Shown here: in pieces, positions 1 through 10,273 of the stretch | Numbering within the stretch: the first letter of the stretch is position 1 | Layout: each line of letters opens with the position of its first letter | DNA from: the human T2T-CHM13v2.0 reference genome, Homo sapiens | Direction: 5' to 3' (one strand) | Length of the DNA stretch: 64,000 bases | NCBI RefSeq assembly: GCF_009914755.1 | Contig: NC_060927.1 | The notes under the pieces: model-generated | What the model saw: the letters and a program-made list of their open reading frames with translations, nothing else | The model's database searches: none | Told to the model about the DNA's origin: nothing | Program-made: the position numbers and the translations under genes

Positions 1-191
1 AGAGCAGGAGCTCTACTGTGAACTGTGCATGGGAGGGATCTAGGTTGTGTGCTCCTTATGAGACTCTAATGCCTCATGATCTGAGGTGGGACAGTTTCAT
101 CCTGAAACAATCCCCCATCTGCCTCTCCATCCATCGAAAAATTATCTTCCATGAAACCAGTCCCTGGTGCCAAAAAGTTTGGGCACCACTG
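1..191. mobile_element. MER1B-like hAT DNA transposon remnant (runs off left edge)
   Basis: Resembles recalled MER1 consensus (gggatctaggttgtgtgctccttatgaga...atgaaaccagtccctggtgccaaaaagtttgggcaccactg). Confidence 0.7.
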
Positions 192-1639
192 ACACAGATG
201 GTAGATCTTGACCTCATCTGTATTTTTGAAACATCTGAGTTACTTACACAAGTGCTATGCCCCATGGCCACATCCCAGAGCAATAGAATGCCACCATTAA
301 CATGCCAAACTTAACCAAACTTAACATGCCACCAGAATCACTAACTTAAGGCACAGATGTATTCAGAGTTGAGAAGTTGCCTGAGGACTGAATCTTTGAG
401 ACTCCTTACTCAGATAGGTACAAATATTAATGTGATGTAAATCACGTGGGGATGGTGCTCAAATGCTGATGCTGATTCAGCAGCGCTAGGGCCTGAGATT
501 CTACATTTCTCACATGCTCGAAGTTGATGTTGCTGGCCAGTGGGAGGACTGCATTTTGAGTACCATGGGCTCAGAGGTCCAGAAGATGAAAAAGCAGCAG
601 AAAGATAATTTCTACTAAATTTCTACTAAAGCATTTTCCAAGTCATTACAAACTATTTTTTAACTATTGTTTTTAATATTTAGATATTTCATAGAATAAA
701 TAGACCACATTTTTTCTCTTAAACATTTCCTACTGTTGGCCATTTAAATTGTTTTCAATTTTGCTGTTGTAACTAAGGAAGGAGAAACCTCTTTGTGCAT
801 ACTTCTTTGTCCTCAACTTTTAAATGAGAAACTAATAAAGGAAAATGATGAGTAGTGGAGCAGGCCCCAGAGTAACACACCCCTGAAGGCCTGACTTCCC
901 TTCCAACATGTGCCAGTGTTACTGTGTCCTCAGGCAAGCTAAGCAATGTTTCTTCACCTCAGTTTTCTTTGCTACAAAATGGGCTTTTTCTTTTCTCATA
1001 TCCTTGAAATAAAGGGCGTTCATAAAATTATCTGCAACTCAGAACTCCCTCTGTGGAGCTACCGTGTTATTTTTTTGTCACAGCTCAGGGACAATGACCA
1101 GGTATGCCAATGGTAATTGCTGGGGCCACCCTCCCCCAAAGCCAACCCAATACAGAACTGCTGATGCCACAGTCATAAACAAACCCTAGGATGTGGCCCA
1201 CCCTTCAGTGTTTGGATTTCAGTGCCAGGGGTAAGAAATATGAAAGACATGGAAAGAAGCAGCTGCGTTCCAAGACACTCCTTCAGATAAAGTTTCCTTT
1301 AAAACATTTTTACCATTCTTCATCAATATTTATAAAGAGATGAATAGATACAGCCACATTCCTCCTGGGCTGTGTCTCAGACACACCTATAATATCTGAT
1401 CAAAATACAACTATTGTTTGTTGGTTCGGGGAGCACTTTTATTGGCAAGCTTCTTTGAAAATGAGGAGCCAAGTCAGCCCCATGTAGCAAAAAAATAAAA
1501 TCAAAATCAGTTACATGAGTACAAAAAGATGGATGTAATTTTTTAAGGGCAACATGATGTGGCAGAAAGAGCATGGAATTTAGATTCCTGGATGTGATTC
1601 TCAAATTGGTCTCTTGCTGCTAGAGACTCAGAGCAAGTT

Positions 1640-1952
1640 AATTCACCACTTTGAGCTTCAGTTTCTTCTTCGGGGGGGTATGATGAAAGTTATTATAAAC
1701 ACAGAGAGAATCAGCTTTTCTAGAAAGAGTTCATTGATGTATCTGGCCTCTCAAGCAGGCAGAATGTTAGTTAATACTTGCCAACCTGTTGAGGTATCAT
1801 GGACCCTTAAGGTTTCATCCAGTATTCATGGTTTAATCTTTGGGAAACACCATGAAGGACACCTAGCTTCTAAATAAGTCTCCCACTAGGTCCCACATGG
1901 CAACTGGAATTCCCAAATGACTTCCCTTTTGGGTTAAGGGGGGTGGTTCTCA
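1640..1952 (+). repeat. Left copy of ~310-bp direct repeat flanking HERV-H (partner 8097-8397)
   Basis: aattcacca...gggtggttctca aligns end-to-end with 8097-8397; about 10 substitutions plus indels of 2, 13 and 1 bp by eye. Confidence 0.97.
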
Positions 1953-2351
1953 GTGTGAAGAGACCACCAAACAGGCTTTGTGTGAGCAACATGGCTGTTT
2001 ATTTCACCTGGGTGCAGGCAGGCTGAGTTCGAAAAGAGAGTCAGAGAAAGGAGATAAGGGTATAGCCATTTTATAGGATTTGGGTAGATAAAGGAAAATT
2101 ACAGTCAAAGGGGGGTTGTTCTCTGGCGGGCAAAGTGGGGGTCACAAGGTGCTCAGTAGGGGAGCTTTTGAGCCAGGATGAGCCAGGAGAAGGAATTTCA
2201 CAAGACAATGTCATCAGTTAAGGCAGGAACAGGCCATTTTCACTTCTTTTGTGGTGGAATGTCATCAGTTAAGGCAGGAACCAGCCATCTGGGTGTGTAC
2301 CTGCAGGTCACAGGGGATATGATGGCTTAGCTTGGGCTCAGAGGCCTGACA
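1953..2351 (-). mobile_element. HERV-H 3' LTR (LTR7), missing the terminal ~14 bp of U5
   Basis: Matches 7703-8096 but lacks the 5' LTR terminus tttcatgtgagtct (7689-7702); AATAAA on minus strand at 1998-2003; PPT aagaagacaggaa at 2352-2364. Confidence 0.95.
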
Positions 2352-2512
2352 TTCCTGTCTTCTTATGTTAATAAGAAAAATAAAATGAAATAGTGGTAAA
2401 GTGTTGGGATGGTGAAAATTTTTGGGGGTGGTGTGGAGAGATAATGGGCGATGTTTCTCAGGGCTGCTGCAAGCGGTATTAGAGGCAGCGTGGGAACCTA
2501 GAGTGGGAGAGA

Positions 2513-2695
2513 TTAAGCTGAAGGAAGATTTTGTGGTAAGAGGTGATGTCGTGGGGTTGTTAGAAGAAACATTTGTCGTGTAGAATTATTGGAGATGGCC
2601 TGGATACAGTTTTGTATGAATTGAAAAACTAAATGGAATAAGAGAAGGAGAAAAACAGGTATAAAAGGTCTAAGAATTGGGAGGACCCAGGACAT
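2513..2695 (-). pseudogene. HERV-H env remnant (TM anchor/cytoplasmic tail)
   Basis: ORF SWVLPILRPFIPVFLLLLFHLVFQFIQ is hydrophobic and lies just upstream of the 3' LTR, where the env C-terminus is expected. Confidence 0.7.
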
Positions 2696-3327
2696 CTGAT
2701 TAGAGAGTGCCTAAGGAGATTCAGCATAGTCCTGCCAGCAAAGATTATTTATTTACTTCAAGAGTTTACAGTGGCAGTTTGGGGACAGTACCAGGAGATA
2801 TCAGCTGTGATGGCTTGGAGAAACAGTGTAAACCGGCAGTGTAAACAAGAGCAGGGCATGTATGAGTAGTTGAGAACAGTGAATAGGAGTATGACTAGAC
2901 AGAAGATAGTAGGGATGACAAGTTTTTTTGGGGCACAGTCTAAGTTGGTCTGGTGTCTGGAATGAGACTGGGGCCTAATAAAAAGGAGTGTCCATACAGG
3001 AGCTCAAATGGACTGTACCTTGTGGCATTCTGAGGACAGGTCTGACTTCTGAGAAGGGAAAGTGGTAAAAGTATTGTCCAGTCCTTTTTAAGTTGGTGGC
3101 TGAGCTTGGTGAGGTGTGTTTTTAAAAGACCTTTAGTCCGTTCTACTTTTCTTGAAGACGGAGGACCGTAAGGGATATAAAGGTTTCACTGAATACTAAG
3201 AGCCTGAAAAACTGCTTGTCTGATTTGACTAATAAAGGCTGGTCCGTTGTCAGACTGTATAGAGGTGGGAAGGCTAAACTGAGGAATTATGTCTGACAGA
3301 AGGGAAGAAATGACTGCAGTGGCCTTC

Positions 3328-4867
3328 TCAGACCCTGTAGGAAAGGCCTGTACCTATCCAGTGAAAGTATCTACCTAGACTAAGAGGTATTTTAGTTATC
3401 TGACTCGGGGCATGTTGAGTAAAGCTAATTTGCCAGTCCTGGGTGGGGGCAAATCCTCGAGCTTGATGTGTAGGGAAGGGAGGGGGCCTGAATAATCCCT
3501 GAGGAGTAGTAGAATAGCAGATGGAACATTGAGAAGTTATTTCCTTGAGGATAGATTTCCACAATGGAAAGGAAATGAGAGGTTTTAAGAGGCAGGCTAG
3601 TGGCTTGTACTATAGCATAGCCTGCCTTTGCTGGTGAGTGGCGATTAGGCCTGGTGGAACTGCCATCAATAAACCAACTGTGATCAGGGTGAGAAACAGG
3701 GAAGAAGGAAATGTGGGGAAATGGGGTGAACGTCAGGTGGATCAGAGAGATGCAGTCATGAGGGTCAGGTGTGGTATCAGCAATACTGTGGGAGGCTGGA
3801 TTGAAGTCCGGGCCAGGAACAATGGTAATTGTGGGAGACTCAACAAAGAGTGAGTACTGCTGAAGGAGCTGGGGAGCAGAAAGTGTATGTGTCAGGTGTG
3901 AGGAAGAAAATAGATTTTGGAAATTATGAGAGCTGTAGAGAGTGAGTTGAGCATAGTTTGTGATTTTAAGGGCCTCTAAAAGTATTAGGGCGGCAGCAGC
4001 CGCTGCACGGAGACATGATGGCCAGCCTAAAACAGTAAAGTCAAGTTGTTTGAGCAAAAAGGCTACAGGACGTGATCCCGGTCCTTGTGTAAGAATTCTG
4101 ACTGCACGGCCCTTCACTTCGGCTGTGTGTAATGAAAAGGGTTGGGATGAGTCAGGGAGAGCTAGAGTGGGGGCAGTCTCTAAAGCTGTCTTCAAGGAAC
4201 AGAAAGAGGAGTGGGGAAAGGATTTAGGATCTATGGGGTCAGCTAGGTTTCCTTTTGTGAGTTTATATAATGGTTTTGTTAGGATGGCAAAACCAGGTAT
4301 CTAAAGGCGAAAATATCCAACCATGCCCAGGAAGGAAAGGAGTTGTTATTTTGTAGAAGGGGTTGGGGTTTGAGAGATTAGTCCAACACGATCAGCAGGG
4401 AGAGCACGTGTATTTTTATGAAGAATTATGCCAAGGTAGGTAACGGATGGAGAAGAAATTTGAGCTTTGGAGAGGGATACCCGATATCCTTTGGAGAATA
4501 AATGCTGAAGGAGCAGAAGTGTGTCTTGTTGAGAAGATTCAAAGGAGGGGCTACAAAGAAGAAGGTCATCAATATATTGAATAAGGTGAGAAGCGGAGGG
4601 GTAGAAAGAAAGTAAATCATGAGAAAGAGCTTGGCTGAAGTAATGAGGGCTGTCCCTGAAACCTTGCGGCAGCACAGCCCAGGTAAGCTGCTGGGACTGA
4701 TGGGTGTCAGGGTCAGTCCAGGTGAAAGCAAAGAGAGGCTGGGACGAGGGGTGAAGGGGAATAGTGAAAAAAGCATCTTTAAGATCAAGAATGGAATAGT
4801 GAGTTGTGGAGGAAGGTATTGAGGACAAAAGAGTGTACGGGTTGGGCACCGCAGGGTGGATAGGCAA
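3328..4867 (-). pseudogene. HERV-H pol remnants (RT, connection/RNase H, integrase N-terminal part), fragmented
   Basis: 4346-4867: LDLKDAFF, LPQGFRDSP, YIDDLLL; 3425-4195: TAPTLALPD...WFIDGSS; 3328-3564: integrase-like CSIC and QDWQI. Confidence 0.93.
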
Positions 4868-5071
4868 AACAATTTGGGTGATAAGGCGCAGATCCTGAAC
4901 TAACCTGTAAGACTTGTGCGGTTTTAGGACAGGTAAAATGGGGGAATTGTAAGGAGAGTTTATAGGTTTTAGAAGCCCATGCTGTAGCAGGCGAGTGATA
5001 ACAGGCTTTAATCCTTTTAAAGCGTGCTATGGGATGGGATATTGGTGTTGAGCGGGGTAAGGGTGATTAGG

Positions 5072-5875
5072 TTATAATGGGATGGTAATGGGCATGTGAT
5101 CTGTTGCCAGGGAAGGAGTAGAGATGTCCCATACTTGTGGGTTAAGGTGGGGGGATATGAGAGGAAGACGCGAAGGAGGCTTTGGGTTGGGGAGAAGGGC
5201 AGCAGTGAGATGCGGCTGTAGTCCAGGAATAGTCAGGGAAGCAGATAATTTGGTTAAAATATCTCGGCCTAATAAGGGAACTGGGCAGGTGGGGATAACT
5301 GAAAAGGAGTGCTTAAAAGAATATTGTCTAAGTTGGCACCAGAGTTGGGGAGTTTTAACAGGTTTAAAAGCCTGGCCATCAATACCCACAACAGTTATGG
5401 AAGCAAGGGAAACAGGCCTTTGAAAATAAGGTAATGTGGGGTGGGTAGCCTCCGTATTGATTAAGAAGGGGACGGACTTACTTTCCACTGTGAGAGTTAC
5501 CCAGAGTGTCTGTAATGGTCTTGTAGGCTTCGAGGCGATCTGGCAGTGGCAGTCTTCAGCTGCTAAGCCGAGATCTGGGAAGCAGTCAGTCAAAGAGCCT
5601 TGGGCCAGAGTTCCAGGGGCTCTGGGAGTGGCTGCCAGGTGAGTTGAACAGTCCAATTTCCAGTGGGGTCCCGCACAGATGGGACATGGCTTAGGAGGAA
5701 TCCCGGGCTGTGGGCATTCCTTGGCCTGGTGTCCAGATTTCTGGCACTTATAGCAAGCTCCTGGGGAAGGCGGTTCTGGAGGAACACCTGGCCACTGCAG
5801 TTTAGGTGTTTGGAAGTTCTTGTGTGCTGGAGATGTGGCTGGGGTTTGTCTCACAGTGGAGGCAAGGAATTGCAA
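5072..5875 (-). pseudogene. HERV-H gag (NC)-protease remnant
   Basis: CYKCQKSGHQAKEC and CPICAGPHWKLDC knuckles; protease active site degenerate (FLINTEA instead of DTGA); flap-side motif PLLGRDIL. Confidence 0.92.
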
Positions 5876-6889
5876 CTCAGAAATATGTTGCTACTTGGCT
5901 GTCTCTATTATTGTACACCTTGAAGGTGAGGTTAATTAAGCCCTGTTGTGGGGTTTCAGGGCCGGAATTTAATTTTTGGAGTTTTATTTAATGTCAGGAG
6001 CAGATTGGGTAATAAAATGTATATTGAGAATAAGACGGCCTTTTGACCTTTCAGGGTCTAGGGCTGTAAAGCGTCTCAGGGTTGCTGCTGAACAAGCCAT
6101 GAACTGGGCTGGGTTTTTCATATTTGATGAAAGAGCCTAAATGCTCAGGATTTGGGAGAGGTCTGATGAAGAAAAAGGAGCATTAACCTTGACTATGCCT
6201 TTAGCTTCAGCCACCTTTTTAAGAGGAAATTGCTGGGCAGGTGGGGGAGGGCTACTCACGGAATGAAACTGTAAACCGGACCGGGTATGAGGAGGGGAGG
6301 TGATAAAAAGATTATAGGGTGGAGGAGCGGAGGCTGAGGAAGAATTGGGACCTAGCTCGGCCTGGCGAGGAGCAGCCTGGGGAGGAGGGGAGAGGTCAGA
6401 TGGGTCTGTAGAAAAGGAAGATTAGAAAGACTCAGCGACGCTTGGGGTTGGGACTGAGGGGACAGGCGAGAGGGAAAGAAGGAAGATTTGGGATGAGTTT
6501 CACTGGGCACAGAGACTAGGAAGGGACCGATGTGTAAAAGAATGCCTGGACATCAGGCACCTCAGACCGTTTGCCCATTTTAGGACAAGAATTATTTAGA
6601 TCTTGCAGGATGGAAAAATTGAAAGTGCTGTTTTCTGGCTATTTGGAACTACTGTCGAGTTTGTATTGGGGTCAAGTGGCATTGCAGAAGAAAATAAGGC
6701 ATTTAGGTTTTAGGTCAGGTGTGAGTTGAAGAGGTTTTAAGTTTTTGAGAACACAGGCTAAGGGAGAAGAAGGAGGAATGGAAGGTGGAAGGTTGCCCAT
6801 AGTGAAGGAAGCAAGCCCAGAGAAAAGAGAGAGTGGAGACATGGAGGGAAGGGGTTCGGGGGTTCTTACCCTCCAGAAAAGCAGGAAAG

Positions 6890-7085
6890 GGGTCAGGGCG
6901 CAGAGATATGAGGTCGGAGCATGGAAATAAGGGATCAGGAGACAGAGATATAAGAGGGTGGGGAGCGGAAATAAGGGATCAGGGCACAGAGATATAAGAG
7001 GTCGGGCCGCAGAAATAAGGGATCAGGGCGCAGAGATATAAGAGGTCGGGGCACAGAAATAAGGGATCGGGGCACAGAGATATGA
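6890..7085. repeat. 44-bp tandem repeat (about 4.5 copies) in the HERV-H leader
   Basis: aaataagggatc starts at 6925, 6969, 7013 and 7057 (period 44). Confidence 0.9.
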
Positions 7086-7668
7086 GGTTGGGGTACTTGC
7101 CTCTCCACCAGAAAAGCGGGACTTGCCACTAAGGGTGAAGGAGAAGGGATTGGGGGTTTCTTGCCCCCCAGAAAGGCAGAGAAGGGGTAGAGACATGGAG
7201 AGAAGGGGTTGGGGTACTTGCCCCTCCCCTAGAAAAGCGGGACTTGCCGCTAAGGGTGAAGGACCAAGGCAGGCATCCTTGCGTGGTCTGACACCTCTGA
7301 AACGTGGGTGAATAATCAGAGAGGTGTCCCTGCAATGATTAAACACCAAGGGAAGGCTGCCTTCCCAGTCCGTGACCGGCGCCGGAGTTTTGGGTCCACA
7401 GACAAAACGTGTCTCCTTTGTCTCTACCAGAAAATGAAAGGAATTGAAATTAAGAGAAGGGAGAGACTGAAGAGTGGAAAGGAGAAAGTGGTTGAGGGAT
7501 AGTGAGAGAGGTTGGAGAAGAGAGTAAGAAGAGGCCACTTACCTGATTTAAAATTGGTGAGATGTTCCTTGGGCTGGTGGGTCTGAGGACCTGAGGTCGT
7601 AGGTGGATCTTTTTCACGGAGCAAAGAACAGGAGGACAGGGGATTGATCTCCCAAGGGAGGTCCCCCG

Positions 7669-7686
7669 ATCCGAGTCATGGCACCA
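7669..7686 (-). promoter_or_regulatory. tRNA-His primer binding site
   Basis: Minus strand TGGTGCCATGACTCGGAT, complementary to the tRNA-His 3' end with one CpG-type mismatch; adjacent to the 5' LTR. Confidence 0.93.
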
Positions 7687-7688
7687 AA

Positions 7689-8096
7689 TTTCATGTGAGT
7701 CTGTGTGAAGAAATCACCAAACAGGCTTTGTGTGAGCAATAAAGCTTTTAATCACCTGGGTGCAGGCTGGCTGAGTCTGAAAAGAGAGTCAGAGAAGGGA
7801 GATAGGGGTGGGGCCGTTTTATAGGATTTGGGTAGATAAAGGAAAATTACAGTCAAATGGGGGTTCTCTGGCAGGCAGAGTGGGGGTCACAAGGTGCTCA
7901 GTAGGGGAGCTTCTGAGCCAGGATGAGCCAGGAGAAGGAATTTCACAAGACAGTGTCATCAGTTAAGGCAGGAACAGGCCATTTTCACTTCTTCTGTGGT
8001 GGAATGTCATCAGTTAAGGCAGGAACTGGCCATCTGGGTGTGTACGTGCAGGTCACAGGGGATATGATGGCTTAGCTTGGGCTCAGAGGCCTGACA
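7689..8096 (-). mobile_element. HERV-H 5' LTR (LTR7), complete
   Basis: Starts TG at 8096; TATAAAA at 7817-7823; ATTAAA variant at 7747-7752; followed by the PBS. Confidence 0.96.
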
Positions 8097-8397
8097 AATT
8101 CACCATTTTGAGCTTCAGTTTCTTCTTCGGGAGGGTATTATGAAAGTTATTATAAACACAGAGAGAATCAGAGCTTTTCTAGAAAGAGTTCATTGATTTA
8201 TCTGGCAGAATGTTAGTTAATACTTGCCAACCTGTTGAGGTATCATGGACCCTTAAGGTTTCATCCAGTGTTCATGGTTTAATCTTTGGGAAAGATCATG
8301 AAGGACACCTAGCTTCTAAATAAGTCTCCCACTAGGTCCCACATGACAACTATAATTCCCAAATGACTTCCCTTTTGGGTTAAGGGGGTGGTTCTCA
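8097..8397 (+). repeat. Right copy of ~310-bp direct repeat flanking HERV-H
   Basis: Begins at the first base outside the LTR TG terminus; aligns to 1640-1952. Confidence 0.97.
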
Positions 8398-8425
8398 TCC
8401 CTCACTTACATAAGAATTGCCTGGG

Positions 8426-8553
8426 CTACTCGAGAGGCTGAGGCAGGAGAATTGCTTGAACTTGGGAGGCAGAGGTTGCAGGTTGCAGTGAGCCGAGATT
8501 GCACCACTGCACTCCAGCCTGGGCGACAGAGCAAGACTCCATCTCAAAAAAAA
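8426..8553 (+). mobile_element. 5'-truncated Alu (right arm) inserted in a MER5-like element
   Basis: Alu right-arm sequence plus A tail; TSD gaattgcctggg at 8414-8425 and 8555-8566. Confidence 0.9.
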
Positions 8554-9576
8554 TGAATTGCCTGGGAAGAATTTTTTAAATGCCAATGCCCAGGCCTTCC
8601 CTTCAACAAAGGCCATGCTTTAGTATTGTGTACAAATCTCCCAGGTGACCCTATTATATGGCCTGAGCTCAGAACCACTGAGTTTGGTCTTAAGACACTA
8701 ATTGAAAATCCACGGCTGGTAAACCTGTAAGCCGTTTTTCTTAAAATGACCCTTGTTTCAAGAAATGTATCAGTTTAGCCACTCAGTTCCTTGGGAGTGC
8801 ACCACGGGGACATAAATGGGTGATTCTGGACATGCAGATGATGTACAACAGAGAAAACCCTAGAGCACTATAGAAGCACTGTGGCCCTACACCAAGTCTG
8901 AGAAAAGGAAGAGGTAACAGTGATAATAAACTCATTCATCAGCAACGTCACCATCAACTACCATTTACAGAGTCACTAGTAGTTGCCAAGTACTGTATAC
9001 CAAGCATTTCACATTTTATTTTTATACTCATGTGGAGACTGGAGACAGGGTAGGGGTAGTAGGTGTGGAGTAGTGAGACGGTACAACTTTTCTGGAAAAC
9101 AATTTGGCAAGATGGGTTAAGAGCCCACAAAATGTTCATATTCTTTGGCCAAGGAGTTGTCACTTCAAGTGACTGTCCCATGGAAAGGGCCACAAATGCA
9201 GGTGGTGGTTTTGTTCACAAAGATGGCCATCACAGCATGGATTATATTAGTAAGTACTGGGACTAACCTAAATATACAACAAATGAAGGGTGATTACATG
9301 CATATTACTACCTTACACACTGGAGTATAGAATGTGACCATGAAAGATGTTTTCCTCTATGAATAAATTTTATAACAAGGAAAATTTACACAACAAAATA
9401 TTAAGTAAAATAAAGCAAGACATAAAGTAGTATCTACAGTGCAATTCAAAGTTCCAAGAATGGCATATATCTGTAAAACTTGTTACATTACAAAGTTGGT
9501 TGCAGCTGGCAAGACTCCATTTGTATCCATATGGTCTTCAGAAAACACCCTTCAAATGGTTAAAAAGTATATTGCT

Positions 9577-10273
<697 letters not shown>

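Larger units (their letters stand above)
1953..8096 (-). mobile_element. HERV-H provirus, common env-deleted ~6-kb form, with LTR7 LTRs
   Basis: Two LTRs starting TGTCAGGCCTCTGAGCCCAAGCTAAGCC, tRNA-His PBS, polypurine tract before the 3' LTR, gag zinc knuckles, RT YIDD, RNase H, integrase and env remnants on the minus strand. Confidence 0.97.

Noticed and set aside
4346-5875. Long HERV-H ORFs as functional RT or protease
   Set aside because: The protease catalytic motif is lost (NTEA) and pol is split by stops, frameshifts and deletions.
6890-7085. CRISPR-like array
   Set aside because: Head-to-tail degenerate tandem repeat without unique spacers, inside a retroviral leader in primate DNA.
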